A stretch of DNA of 64,000 nt, from assembly GCF_963921235.1 (NCBI RefSeq), contig NC_086113.1:10602001-10666000 (forward strand), given 5' to 3'. The notes under the pieces were generated by a model. It did not search any database and had not been told where the DNA came from. It worked only from the letters and a program-made list of their open reading frames with translations. The DNA is from Mobula hypostoma (lineage: Eukaryota). Below, piece by piece: positions 12,495 to 26,346 of the stretch. Within the stretch, counting starts at the first letter, position 1; each line of letters starts with the position of its first letter. Position numbers and translations under genes: made by a program.

Positions 12495-12665
12495 ACGCGT
12501 GAATGACAGCACTCACATTGGCTAGACTGCAACTTTCAACTTGACCTTGGCCTTTGGCCGTGTCTAACCCCTATGTAAAAGAGCTGCCCATTTGGTCGCT
12601 GCCATTTTGTAGTGTAATCTGCAGTGTACCGTTTGAATATGCTGCAGATTGTATTTATATCGACC
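12495..12665. promoter_or_regulatory. Probable conserved non-coding element ~3 kb upstream of HoxA13
   Basis: cattggctagactgcaactttcaacttgaccttggcc carries a reverse CCAAT box and an extended nuclear-receptor half-site (CCAAGGTCA on minus, 12542-12550), followed by a YY1-like gccatttt. It resembles sequence I recall upstream of tetrapod HOXA13. Confidence 0.5.
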
Positions 12666-12954
12666 CCATTCCTTAACATAACACTCTTTCAAAGCGGAAG
12701 GCACTGGTGGTCCAGCCTACCCTAAAGTGCGCAGACTAATGCTTGTTTCAATTCAACGTGTATTTTTGGGGGAGGGGCGGTCGTCTCTGCATTAAATAAT
12801 GTTCTTTTTTAAAAAAAAAGGTCGCTGTATCAAGCTGTTGTTCGAATGAGTTCAGATCGAAGGATATTCCAAAATAGTGCAGTCTCAGCCCATTTTGCCC
12901 ATTTACCTGATAAATGGGTACAGTATTTATATGGGACAAATCTACAAACTTAAA

Positions 12955-13009
12955 CGTGAATCTGTGAATTCTGTGAATCTTCTGTGAATCTGTGAATTCT
13001 GTGAATCTG
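12955..13009. repeat. Short tandem repeat of (ct)gtgaat(t), six imperfect copies
   Basis: cgtgaatctgtgaattctgtgaatcttctgtgaatctgtgaattctgtgaatctg. Confidence 0.9.
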
Positions 13010-15439
13010 CTGAGATTAAGTGAGCACATAAAGCGTTATTAAGGATTAATTTGGAATATTTACGGGATAAATTGTGCTGTTTCAAAATATTGCATGATCA
13101 GGACAAATTCTGGTAAGGCCGTTGGTTATAATGCTGGGGAAAATTAAGCTACATTAAATGTCGATACTAATAAGATCGACCAACTAATAATTATGGGAAG
13201 AAGCGAATCTTTGTCTATCAGTGACAGATACGCTGGGGCACGAATCATTTTATCACGTAATTATCACTGGAGTGCAAACTAAACGAGCTCCCACCGTGTG
13301 AACTGATGATAGATTTGAAAGAATAATCTCACAAGATCTATTCAGAATTTCCCAATTTAGCCGGTCTATATTTTACTACAGCATTATGTGTTTTAAACTC
13401 ATCTCAATACATTTTTGCACCGTTGTAACCTGGAAAAAGTTGTATACTCGGATTTCAAAAGGAAAGGTGATGTAGAATATCTCTATATACAGCGGAGAGA
13501 CTATTTTAATTACACTATTTCAAGGCACGGAAGTCGACGGATAGGGATTATATCCAATTTAATTGGAACAATAGCCTCTATTTTACTAACAATGGTCTGC
13601 ATCAGTGAAGATTCGGCGTCTTTAAATCGTTTAGCTTCCCATTACATACATTTTTAAAATAAGATTAAAAGGACACTATTTAACGACTTATTTATAGTGA
13701 TTGCCCGATCCCAATATCAGAAGAGAGGCAGAAAGAAAGTGTGAAAATGGAAAGAGAATATAAGGCAGGAAAGAAGTAGATAGCGTGGGGAAGGGGAAGG
13801 TGGAAATTATAAAGAATAAAAGGCATTGCAATAGTAAAGTGATTGTTCTGGGCAGCTACATCACTTCAGTCTTCAGCTAAAGGAATAAGACCAACTGCTG
13901 ACTGAAAGAGGATTGACGACTTCACTATGATGTGAGTTAGACTCCACTTACCACAAGGTCCCATGTACAAAGTAAATGACTAGAATTGAATTAACATCGT
14001 CCTTCCTGACGACTCAGTGCTGCCGAACAGTTCTGGATCCTTTCCCCCTCTTTATTTCACCAGCTATTCTTTTTCATCATGTGATATCTGCGTTTAGCTG
14101 GACGTTTTATGGCCATGCTTTCCACCAAATTTCACCGAGTTAATTCTAAATACCGCAATAATGTAGTTGAATCCATCAAATATAGCATCGCATTAGATAT
14201 TATAAAATAAATTATAGTTATAGATTTTAGTACATTCAACCATGTGGCAGATATTATTAAATAATTCACAATTCTGTCGCTTTTCCGTCTACTTAAATGT
14301 GCCAGTTGCCCATAAAACACATTTACTGATATTTTAATGCGAAATCCAGTTCCGTGAACGCTGTGCCTACTCAGTGAATGCACGTTTAACAGCCAGCAAG
14401 TTACCAGGAAGCGACTGCATTAGCGGGGGAAGAAATTAAACCTGACATTTGTTTAAAAACTTCAGGAATCGCGGCTGGCAAAAAGCAGGAAAAGAATTAG
14501 TCAATATTCTTATCTGGCTTATAAATGTCCTTTGATATTAATATATTTTAAGCTGGATAGGAATTTCACGACTAACGTTACAGGTAAATATATTAGTTGT
14601 CCGGTGCGGATGGAAAATCAGTAAGATGAATTCAGTTTCCGAATTGATTGTGATTGATTCCAACACACGCTGTTCTGTTATATATGCTATTTACAAATAT
14701 GACATCGCGAGTGAATAGATGTTTTCTTAAAAATAATTATCACTTTTTATCAAACATTCACACCGGAATAATTTTGGACTTTTCTTCGGCATTATTACCA
14801 TTTGGTTTAACGAGTCATGTCATGAAGCAATATAAAGGTCATACAGCTGTTTCCTTTTCACTATAAATTGCAGCTACTACCGATTTCTTCAAGCGTTATT
14901 TTCCTGTTAACTGAGAACAGTGATTTGATTTGTATATTATAAGGTAAAGTGCTAACCCATCCTAACAAAATGCTATGCTCAACCGGCAGCGGCCTTGACA
15001 AAAATACTACAGTGTAATCGGTAGGAGATACGTATGATAATAAGGATGAACCGTAAATTCATCTACCGGAAACTAAACCAAACGCTTGGCACGATAGTCA
15101 AGAATATACACAGATAATCGGTATTTAAAATCCTTTACGTCGTAAACCCCATTAAATGAGATTTATTTATTTCGTGCAAAACAAAAGCAACAGATTTAAC
15201 GTCGAGCACTTTTGTGTTTATGCAAAATATTGTTTTTTATTAGAATGGCCAAGTTTTTTTCATGTAAATCCACCTCTATAATTTACATAATCACGGTGTA
15301 TTTTGTGCAGTGATGGTGTTTTTACATTTTGATACATGCGTTTTATTTCAATTACTCGCTTACGTAAATATCTAAACGTTACTTTATTAGACTAATGGAA
15401 CATCTACCTTTTTTATTCTTCAGATGTTTATCATGTACT

Positions 15440-15588
15440 TTGCATATCACGTGGGCAACTCGCAGCCAATAAGGAGGCAGGTTTCAGCGACATTGGCGCG
15501 TCAACGCTGCTAAGTCTGAGAGGTTCAGTATCTCTTTTCAGTCTTGGGGGCTTTTAAAACGGCCACTAGTCTCAATGTAGGACGTGAT
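15440..15588 (+). promoter_or_regulatory. HoxA13 proximal promoter and 5' leader
   Basis: E-box tcacgtg (~15448), CCAAT (~15466), reverse CCAAT (~15492) and the TATA-like cttttaaaa just upstream of the ATG. Confidence 0.6.
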
Positions 15589-16237
15589 ATGACAACGCCA
15601 GTGATACTTCATCCTCGCTGGATCGACACGGTGATGTTCGTCTACGACAATAATTTGGATGAAATTAATAAAAACATGGATGGATTTTCAGGAGGGAACT
15701 TCACAGCAAATCAATGCAGGAATCTAATGGCCCATCCAGCATCCTTAGCCCCCAGTTCTGCCTACTCGTCGACTGAAGTACCAGCCTCTGGCATTGTTGA
15801 ACCTGTCAAACAGTGTAGTCCTTGTCCTGCAGCTCAAACTTCCTCCAGTGCCTCTCTTCCATATGGATACTTTGGGAGCAGTTACTATCCCTGCCGAATG
15901 AGCCACCACAGCAACATTAAGTCCTGCGCGCAGCCCTCCAGCTTGTCTGGTTATCCTGCTGACAAATATATGGACACGTCCGCTGGCGAGGAATTCACCA
16001 GCCGAGCTAAAGAGTTTGCTTTCTACCAAGGTTACGCGGGGCCGTACCAACCAATGCCCAGCTATCTGGACGTACCTGTGGTCCCCACTATCAGCGCTCC
16101 GGGAGAACCGCGACACGAAACGTTATTGCCCATGGAGAGCTACCAGCCCTGGGCAATCACCAACGGGTGGAACGGGCAAGTCTGCTGTGCGAAAGAGCAA
16201 CCTCAAGCCACCCACCTCTGGAAGTCGAGTCTGCCAG
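15589..16237 (+). CDS. hoxa13: Homeobox protein Hox-A13, exon 1
   Basis: N-terminus [21 protein letters not shown], plus [16 protein letters not shown] and YQPWA..NGWNGQ motifs. Phase-1 donor CCAG|gtaaat. Confidence 0.97.
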
Positions 16238-16636
16238 GTAAATATTGATAGAACTTAACATGCTGCCCATAATCGAACCCCGTCCAATGAAGGGGGAAAA
16301 CGATCTGTCTGACGTGCAAATACGTACGGGTAACGGAATAACATAAAAATAGACCATAACTAAGAAATGATATTCGCAGTGCCATCAGCACTTGTATTTT
16401 AATGTGGTGCCTGAATACGTCTTCGCATGTTTTTAATCATTTCTTCGGCCTTTGCACAGATTACAATTATATCTCCGGGCGTGCCATTTAATTTATTAAA
16501 TGCAGTCCCAGTAGCATCGCCGTGCAGTGATGTTGAACTTGACTCCAGCGACACGATCTGCTTTGAAACTTTGGTTTATTTGACGTCGACAGCTAAGCTA
16601 CCAGAGATGGTAAAGATGTGCATTTCTCTTCCACAG

Positions 16637-16881
16637 ACGTCGTATCGCATCCTTCGGACCCCAGCTCTTTCCGGCGTGGAAGAAAGAAGAGGGTGCCTTA
16701 CACCAAGGTGCAATTGAAAGAACTTGAACGGGAATATGCTACCAATAAATTCATCACCAAGGACAAGCGAAGGAGGATATCGGCCTCAACAAACCTCTCG
16801 GAAAGACAAGTCACGATTTGGTTTCAAAACAGACGAGTTAAGGAAAAAAAAATTCTGAGCAAACTGAAAAGTAACAGCTAG
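16637..16881 (+). CDS. hoxa13: Homeobox protein Hox-A13, exon 2 (homeodomain); spliced protein 297 aa
   Basis: Acceptor ttctcttccacag. Encodes the PG13 homeodomain [55 protein letters not shown], ending in TAG. Confidence 0.98.
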
Positions 16882-19800
16882 TGCGACTATTCCAAAAATT
16901 CTTGGACATATTTTGAAAATTTTAAAACAATTCAGCCTGAAGAAAAAGAAACCATCTCAGCTCACTTTCTTGATGGTAGATTTCTTTTCTGTTTTTCGGC
17001 CTGAATATTACTTTTCTCAAAACATCCCACAAAGTTCAAGAGAGACAGTGTACAAATATCATGTTAAAATAATTTAATATTCGCCAGAAATAAATCAAAC
17101 CTCTTAATCAAGAATCGAGAGGGTTGCTGTTTTCAAATGTGGGAAACGTTGTATGCATATAGACTGAAACACTCAGAAAGAATAAGCGTAAAACCTTGTT
17201 CCACACAGTTCCTTCGCAAAATGCCATCAGAGCACCTAAAGAAAACTTGCTGAAAAGGTTTAGTTATTAAAAAAAAAGCTACTAGAGTGCATGTTATTTT
17301 TATCCTCAGGTAAGCCATGGGATATATCGTGAAAATGTATAATAAAAGTATGTTTAAGCACTACGTTTTCTTTGGAAGGGATGCGCTGTCTCTTAAGATA
17401 TTAATGTATAGGTAGATGGAAGAATATATTCTAAATAGGAATGCATATGGGAATGTGAATGCATACAATTCCAGCACTCTACGTTTCTAATAATGTACAT
17501 ACCTAAGAGCACCGTTGGCTTTCGTAATAAGTGTAGAGCGTCATTTTCCACAGAGCTGAAAGACAAATTTTGCAAACTTGGAAATGAACTAAATATGAAG
17601 CTTTTTAAAAATAAGCCTGCTAGTTATAATACACATCTCACGTCGCATTAATCTCTATGCAGGCTTAAGGCGCACAGCTTTCTTCCTAAAGATGACAACG
17701 TTCGCGTGCAATTGTATTTTTTAAAAAAATTGCTGGATTGTTATATCTGCATGCTCCCCTCTTGCTTGGTATATATAAACCAATTATAGATGCAACGTTA
17801 AATCACGAATGATAATCATGAAATTAAGATATGTTTTACATTACTATTATGCAGCTTTTAATCTGTATAGCCTATTGTCTTTTTAATCATCTACTGAATT
17901 ACTTGCATTAAAACAAATTATTTCACGAATAAAAGGTCTTCATAAACTACAGCGTTGCATAGTTTTTGTTAAGAAACTTCTAAGACAAAAAAAAAGTCAA
18001 AGTAGCTAATTAGATTTCTTCCTGTTGCGAAGCAAGTTACTCAAAATGCGTGGAAACCATGCGTGCATTCTGAGAACTAACCGACGAATTTACTATTCGG
18101 TAAATATATCCAACCATTCTATTTTTAAATGGAAGAATGTCACCGCCAGATAAAGATTCAAGATTTTGATGGAAGCTGTAGACTGGACCTCTAAATTTGT
18201 ATCGATATATACCAAAAGTTTGAGAACATTAAGTAACTCTTTCCATATTCTGGGTAAAAATATATGCTCCCTTTGCTTTGTACGTGGAGGCAGGGCGATG
18301 GGGGTGGGGGAGGCGGCTTAAACCTTGACCTTGACGAAAACAGATAGTCTTTGACCTTGACGATTAACAGCTCATGAATAGTCATGAGGTGCATATGTAG
18401 AGCAAGTACGCCATCTACTGTTACATCTGCAGACATTCATTTATATGGGTTTTGAAAGCATGAACAACCGAACATGACTGTATAAATTATAAAGGTGCTG
18501 AGAGTGAACTGGGAGCATCCAGTGTAGGTCAGTAACTCTAACGAATGGTTATGCATTGTGAACATAATAGAAAGTTCGGGGTAAATTATTTAGAATATTT
18601 GATTTTTCAATGGCTATACATGAACTATATTTCCTCCGCCAAAGTTTGCTATTTTACCAATATCCAAGGGGAGAGAATTTAGAATCCATATCATATTGGG
18701 TGATGGTTGTATGTTTTGTGAGTTAACTTTCACTTGCAATTACATTTCAACCTCTATAGCTAAAGAAATCGTAAACAGACTGATCGAGTAAAATTTCTCA
18801 CTGTTATATTTATAAAGTGCATTGAAGGGTTTATAGTGATCGAATTATCTATGATCAGTCGTCTATAATATTGTTGTTCCGCCTTTATCCGTATCTAACT
18901 GCTCTGGGCAGGATAGCTTTTTATATTATATACATAATATCCGGTCATGTACTTATGGAATTTCACTTTTCATCTTGAGAAATTAAAAGTATTGCTTAGA
19001 AGCTCCATGTAAGGAATTTTACGCGACGTTTTAGGAATTTCAAAATATACGGTCTACATACATTTCAAGTGGAAAGCACGGGAAATTGCATGTGATGTTG
19101 CGTAATCCGTCTTTCGCCGAGGGTGGTGAACATGGAAAACTATAACTCGATCTTCATTGAAAATGTTAACTACCGCAACTTTTCATTTTAACACACAGAA
19201 TTGCAGATAAATTCCACAATCATACAGTGAGTCCGCTATTTTATCGTGGATATTATAGAAAATGGTTCCGTGAAATTATTAATTGTGAGGTAAGCTTACT
19301 TCCTTAAGTAACCTGTCTACTTTGTTGCAATAACATCAAATTAATATTGGACGCCTAATTATCAACCTTTAATTTATTCTCTCTAGTGCTTTTTTTTTCC
19401 TAATGCATCCGAGACAACAATCGAGGTGGTGGTGGTGGGGGGTGGGGGGAGGTTTACAGTTCGCAGCATGAAAGCTGATTTGTCAAAATGTCGTGGGATT
19501 ATAAAATTCTACATTGATCTCATGACGTAGCCGAACCAATCACAGCATGGCTTTTGCAAAACCCAAACGGGCATTTGTAGGGAAATGCCTGGGTAGAGCC
19601 ACCCACATTGTGGCTCATGAGGGTGGTTTAATTATTACTGTTCTAGATACATCTTGTGTAAAAATACTGCGAAATATCTGCTTAAGACAACAAAATATTA
19701 ATATTTATTATATTTTATTAATAATAAGTAACCGCTGGTGTTGTCAAAACAGATAATGTTTATACGAATAACTGAGAACTATTTCCGAAGAAATTAATGC

Positions 19801-22800
19801 CATGCAGATTTTTATTTCGGCTGTTATATGTTTTGTTGGCCTTAAGTAACAAATAGTACCGGCGAAAGCGCTGCAAAACCCTTAAGCAATGTCGCTCGCT
19901 TTCGTCTAATCATCATTTCTTGTTATTTATGTATTGTCTTTTGAAAAAATAGGAAACTTAACCACGTAGTTATCTGCGTGATATCTACAGAGAGCAGAAA
20001 GCATAATAATTTAGAACTGGCACTTCTGAATTCATTTAGCCTTAGGCTGTTGAAAGAGTTCGGTGCCAATAATGAACGTTGAACTGTAGAGATTTACTTA
20101 GAATAAATGAACACATATTTCTAATATATATACATAGATAGATAGATACAAAGATTATATATATATGTTTAAAACCGTTCACGTCACCGAGTATATGTTC
20201 TGCCTGCAGCGCTCTTCCTCATTAATCGTGATATAATAGCTTATTTGATTACTTCTTCTCTTTATCTGATTGAAGCCTTGTTATTTATTCTGACGGAATA
20301 TAGCATTCACTGCATGATGCACGTAATATGCGCAACTAAGTACCAAAAGCGTATATTTTCCCATTTACTGCTGAGTAAAACTTGCTACCAGGCAAAAAAA
20401 AAGTATCCAAAACCAACACTCTTAATATTAAGAAATACTGAAAAGTATATTTAATGTTTATGAATAATTACTTCAAAGGGATATTGTAAGTAAAATTACA
20501 GCTGAATTCAACGATGAACGAGTTCGATAAATTCGACTTTAAACTACCTACTGCTATACACGCAACTTACTGTACGTTGCTCTTCGAAAATTAAGTCAAT
20601 TTTACTTCAAAATTATTGAATCAAGTTTACAATTTTTCATCAAATATTATTGTACCACTTAAGTTCAAAAATAAATTTGATTTTCTGTAGGAAATATCAG
20701 ATTGAACCTTTGTTTAATTCCAATTCTGTAGAGATTACTTAAATGAATATAAACAATTACTTCCTTGTTTTACTCTGATTTATAACAGATTATAAATACA
20801 TTCCAAATATAGGCTATACTGGATTTGACTTTGTACACAATATAGGTCCAACGATGAAACTCTTTGCAAATAAGATACCATTGCAGCGAAATATTAAGTC
20901 GGTTACGTATCTTGTACACCCCGCAAAACGAAACTGTGCTTCATAAAATACAAAATTATATGATACGCAAACATTTTACTTTGCGGTTTATGTACTACAG
21001 ATTAATAGGTGAAAATAATTACAGATGCATACCAGCAAGTAAACTAGTCTTTAATAGATTAGCATAAGTTATGTAGTATTTCATATGCGCGAGTACATAT
21101 GCGGAATTGAAGTTAATAATGATTAAAGTATTACTTTTGACAAATTAGGACAAAGAACATTTCACGTGTAGAGTATGTATTTTCTGGATAACCAATTTTA
21201 TGTTTTGCATTTGGCAAGATTAAGGTAACACGCGTTCTAAGCATTATAATTTATTTCAAAGGGAATATGTATTCCACTTCATTAAGTATTTTCAGGCGTT
21301 GATTTAAAGTGGACGCTATTTATAAATGCAATCTACTTTCTAGATTTTCTTACTTATGTGATTATATCAGCACAATTGTATTTAACAATATCAATTTGGC
21401 CCCCCCAAATGCTGAAAGTATATTTGGAATTTATTTTAAATCGTACCCAACCATTCAATTTATGAGATTTTCTTTGCTGAGCATGGATTGAAAGTTTGAA
21501 TTCAGTTGTATTATTACTCATTTCAACTCACTCCAGCCTTGAATTAAAATAACTTCTGCAGAACACTTTAAGCAAAAATAATTTGTTGGAAGTATTTATG
21601 TTCATTATTTCTGAAAGTAAATCTAATTTCCGGTAGGTTTGTGAGTGGTTTTCCGCGATACTTTCTTATATCGACTTACCAATCAGTCATCTGATAGTAT
21701 GGTGAGGTCCTTCGATGTTTTGTCAAAATAATACACATGGAAATGTTCCTTTCTGTAACAATTTGTCGAACTATATCTATTACTGTGTAGCCTTATTTAT
21801 GCTTCTCTATTCGGAATGTGAATGGGCTCTCACTTCTTTGTTAACATGATTTGTTTTTAAATACTTTACAGATTAGCAGTAAAATGTTCACTTCCCGTCT
21901 CCAAACGGGACAGGTAATCAAGTGTAAGCAGATAAAATAAAAATTGCAGTAATAGCTTCATTCGAAGTTGCGTGAGGAAATGTTCTTCAAAAACTGAGGC
22001 GGTATATATTTGTATTTTCGCATTGAGCTCAAAATATTTACCACGTCTGCAGTCGAGATAAAAAGGCAAACGTATTTAAATGTATTCAGATCTGTAATCT
22101 CCAAAGTAATTTACACAATTTAGCAATAAAACACCAGGATAAATGCAGCTGAAATTCGTTTGTTTAACTATTTTTGGAGTAACACCGTTCACTTCATCCC
22201 TGACGCATGCAGTCGCGGACTTGTCCCTTTGTTGATATTTAATTCCAGCATTTCACTTCGGCTTTTTATATTCTTTCAGGCAAAGGGATTGAGACATTTT
22301 GCTATTATTGCAGATTTGCTGAGCACATACGCGACGTGTGTGGGTTCTGGACGTTCAACTGGGAGACAACTGCATCACGACTTGGAATATGCTTAACCTA
22401 CCAAAGATTAGGTGCAATTAGGAGGTTGCCTCGTTTATCTGAGTATACCAACTGGGCAAGGGATTAACATGAGGCTACAGGAAATGTTCTGAACCCATCG
22501 CACCTGTGCATTCCGAGCCGGCAGCTATTTATTGAAAGGATAAGAATCGGAACGCTGGAATAATACATCTGACAACGAAGGGAATGGTTACAGATTTACG
22601 CCATGTGGAGGCGAATAATGTACTTTTAACGAACGGCGTTCTTAAATTCCGATCTGTGACTACCAGCCAAGTTCAAAGTAAGGAGCTTTCAAGTTCAAAT
22701 CCGACAGTTCAGGTGAAATTTGCCGTACATTTCAGATATTACGGTATTCATGAAGGCTCAGATTGGCTTATATACCGCAATTAATGACGGGGCCATTTAG

Positions 22801-23996
22801 TAAGTAATATCACTATATTGTGTAATTTGGGAGGAAATATACTGCCGAAATTCACCGCTCAGCTATCAATAGGTTTTATTCTATCTTTATATCTCTATTG
22901 CTCATGACTATCGAAGTCCTAAACATGCTATTGTGTCTAAAAGGTAACTTCAATTTATTAAATTCCGTGTGTTTTAGAGTTAAAACCATTCCATGAATTT
23001 AGCAATGCACGCCAACAACGCGCTTCTTGCAAAAAAAAAATCACGGTAATGAATTAATAGTTCAAAATAAATTCGCACATCATAGACTCAATAATTCTCG
23101 GAAGCGAAACATTGTGCTTATTTGTAAAGAAAGCGGCAATTTTATGACGGCTAGGTGTAATTGTTCAAAAGAGAAGGCTCAATATTAATTAATGATCCAT
23201 TTATTTTGCCGGAGTGAGCTTAAAAATACTGCTGAGGTTTTTTCCCTCTTGCGTCACTGGATAGATAGACAATTTGAGCGCTAGGTTTTGAATTTATTGA
23301 AAAGTATAGATTGTCACAATAAACATGCCATAGTTTTAATAAATCTTTATTTGGAAAATACATAGGTTAAGAATCAGAATCAATATAATCCCTAGTTACC
23401 AAAGGAGAAATGGGAGATTTCGAATTGCAATTCCAATAAAAACACGGAAATCTCGCATGTGTTTGATTTCGAAAAATAAGATAATTTCCTCCAGCAACAG
23501 TTAAAATATAGAATTTTCATTTGTAATTTGCAGTACAGGATGCGTTTTGGCTTCACTGCCGATTTATCGGGCTTTCGCAGAGTACGAGAAATATATTAGA
23601 AAAGCAAGCTGAAAATACAATTTTAGCGCAAGGACAGGCCACAATGTTCAATGTGTATTGTATGAGGTGGTCACTTCAGTAAACCTATTGCAAGTCAACA
23701 CAACTTAAAATAAAACTAAACGATAGAATGGGCGTTGTTTTCAAATTCAAAAACAACAGTCAGCTTGGGAGCTGCATCCTTTTATTTCTCGATTTGTTTT
23801 TTTCTGTGCTTAATATCTTTAAGGATAGTTTTTTTAAAACAATGCAACGTATCCTTCTATTAAGATACGAATTTCTTCATGTATTTAACTGAACTTTGTG
23901 CAAAAATTCGGAGACATCAGGCATAAAAATGGCGGCCAGTCACCGTTGTCTTGTCACTGTCAGCCAATGCCATTGAACGAGGGGACAAAACAACCG

Positions 23997-23998
<2 letters not shown>

Positions 23999-24046
<48 letters not shown>
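23999..24046. repeat. (CA)n microsatellite
   Basis: Directly visible. Confidence 0.95.
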
Positions 24047-24047
<1 letters not shown>

Positions 24048-25913
24048 GACAACATAGACTTTCGTTCAAAAGGAGTGCAATTTTCATTAGCCAATCGTTT
24101 TCATTTTAAGTTATGATATTCGAAATGTCTATGATTAAAGAAATAGCGCAAAAAAAAAGTTGTAGGCCTCCCTACTCCTCCAATCACCAAGAAAGAACTT
24201 GTTTTTATTTGGTTTGATCTCACAACACCGCCTTAGCATGAAGAATGTTATTGCTCCGACTTCTAAACTTTCGCAGTTTATCGTACCAATTCCAAGACGA
24301 GAATATTTTGACCTAATGATAAAGGTAGCTATTTCATTAAAATAGAAGAATTCTGTTAAAGGACGGCAGACATTGTCGTTGAAAGATTCAGGACTAAAAT
24401 ATCATAGTACACCAGGAAATATATATTTTCCTTTATACGGGAAGATGCTCTTTTAATCTGTCTTCTAGGGAGACAAAACAAAATATTCAGAAGTATTGAA
24501 AACCTCCGCGTTAGAAAATTGGTTTGGGCGTAATATTGCAAACTGATTTGGTGTTATATACGATTAAGATACATGTTGCTTCATTTGCCAACGATAATTA
24601 AGATCCATTGTAATTCGTGGGAAGAAACGAAGAACAAATGAGGATACAATTCCTTGTAAAAATCTGCAAAGAGCAGTAGGGCTGGCCGTTATCATTTTGT
24701 GGTGATTTTCGGTTTTCTGTGACAATATAAGTACACCTGCTGTAAATATAGTTTGGACATTGGGATTTCAAAATGAATGAATCCAAACTCGACAAAATGG
24801 ATTTTCATTTACTGTTTAGTCCGTCTCAATTAATGGCACAATCCACTTTACAAGTGGTTGCAGGCCATTATCCAAGTATTTATATTTTTCATGACGATCA
24901 ATAGGTTTAAGGTGTCTTCGTATTGAAAACAAAATGACTTCGCACGATATAGCCCTGGTTTAGAAAAGTATAAACATTTCGCTTATGCAGCTTTTTTCAG
25001 AGTTGAAGTTCAATGTTAAGTCGTTTGCACACTCTTGCAAAAGCCCCGCAAAACTCTGATGAAAACTTCGCTTAACCCCAATCTTATTTTGCGACAGGCT
25101 TTTGTTTTGTAACTACAACACGGAAAGATTTTATCCGTTTTCGTTTCTAATAATATCTTCAACAAAGCTTCCAAGTACACCTTAAAGTGAAGAATTTCAG
25201 CTTCATCCGGGTCTCGACTCTCCCACGGAGTCCTGCAGGAGAATAGCTAGCGCCGCAATAATTAACTGGTCTTCTTAATCTTCAGCATTTACATTAGATT
25301 TCATTTTCATCAAATATCAACCAAATGGTCGGAATTTACTTCTAGTATAAGACCAACAAGGTCGGTATATTTTTGTTTTTGAAACTATACATTTAGAATC
25401 GAGTGATTATATTTTTGAAAGCTGCAGGATCAATAAAAATGATTTTAAAAAACAAGTTAATTTGATCCTGAATCTAAATTTGAAAAAGGACCGTACTTAC
25501 TGTAGAGGAAGTATCATAACTGAGAAATACAGATGGCTAGAAAATGGCGCAGCGATTAAGATAGTGACTGCATTTTTATCTAATTTTCCTCTTTTATTTA
25601 ATGCAATGGCCAGCTTCTTCTTTTGAATTTGGGGTATTATTGAATATCTAAAACTCGGTTTTTGTTATTCTCTTTACAAAATTTTAGGTACATTGCGTTA
25701 AACCAACAATCCATGCATGCGAAATCCAATCCTTTGGTGAGAAAGGAAACCGACAAGAAATTCGATTTTGATCCAATGGTGATAAAAACGCGCAATGTCC
25801 GGCTAAAAAGCTTACTCTTTCAAAATTCAGCCCGATTTTCATCAGACAAAGACCGTGTCCTTGACGCTTTTGGGAACGCCTGATTGCTCACGTTAGCTGG
25901 GAATGTCAGTGAT

Positions 25914-25931
25914 TCCATGTAGGTGGCGTCT
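25914..25931 (+). promoter_or_regulatory. Possible CTCF site between HoxA13 and HoxA11
   Basis: ccATGTAGGTGGCGtc matches the 3' part of the CTCF core, but the 5' part is imperfect. Confidence 0.4.
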
Positions 25932-26309
25932 TTAGCTAACCCCTGGTCAGCTACTATGTCTATGCGGGCGTCCGGTGAAGCTGGTTGTCAAAATTACTGT
26001 TAAAACCATAGGTCGGGCTAAACCGCTTTCGGTTCTTGTAGGCGTAGTAATTAGTCATTTCGTGAAATGCAGTGTCGGAATTTGCCCATCCGTATAGGAA
26101 CAGTCGCGTCACTTTGCTTCTGGACTCCCCTTTCATTTAAAAAAATCACGAACTTTCATATTTTACATTGCAGTTTTGATCACAGTTACTAAATGTATAT
26201 ATCTCCTCGCGAATCAGTGTTTAAACCGCTGAATATGAATTAATTTGGGTATTATTTTAAAACTGTCAAATTTCACAGCATGGCGTCGCGGTTCTATCCC
26301 GTGCATGTA

Positions 26310-26346
26310 TGTGTGTGTGTGTGTGTGTGTGTGTATATAAGTATAT
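26310..26346. repeat. (TG)n/(TA)n microsatellite
   Basis: Directly visible. Confidence 0.9.

Noticed and set aside
12955-13009. Repeat arrays (also 1-298) as CRISPR-like
   Set aside because: Tandem units without unique spacers, in vertebrate DNA.
15544-15588. ORF-track N-terminal extensions from TTG/GTG starts (also 51646, 43756, 16618)
   Set aside because: These are prokaryote-style start calls. The true starts and splice acceptors are evident from homology.
20543-20550. ACTACCTA miR-196 site
   Set aside because: Intergenic and well beyond the HoxA13 poly(A) signals (17341, ~17928).
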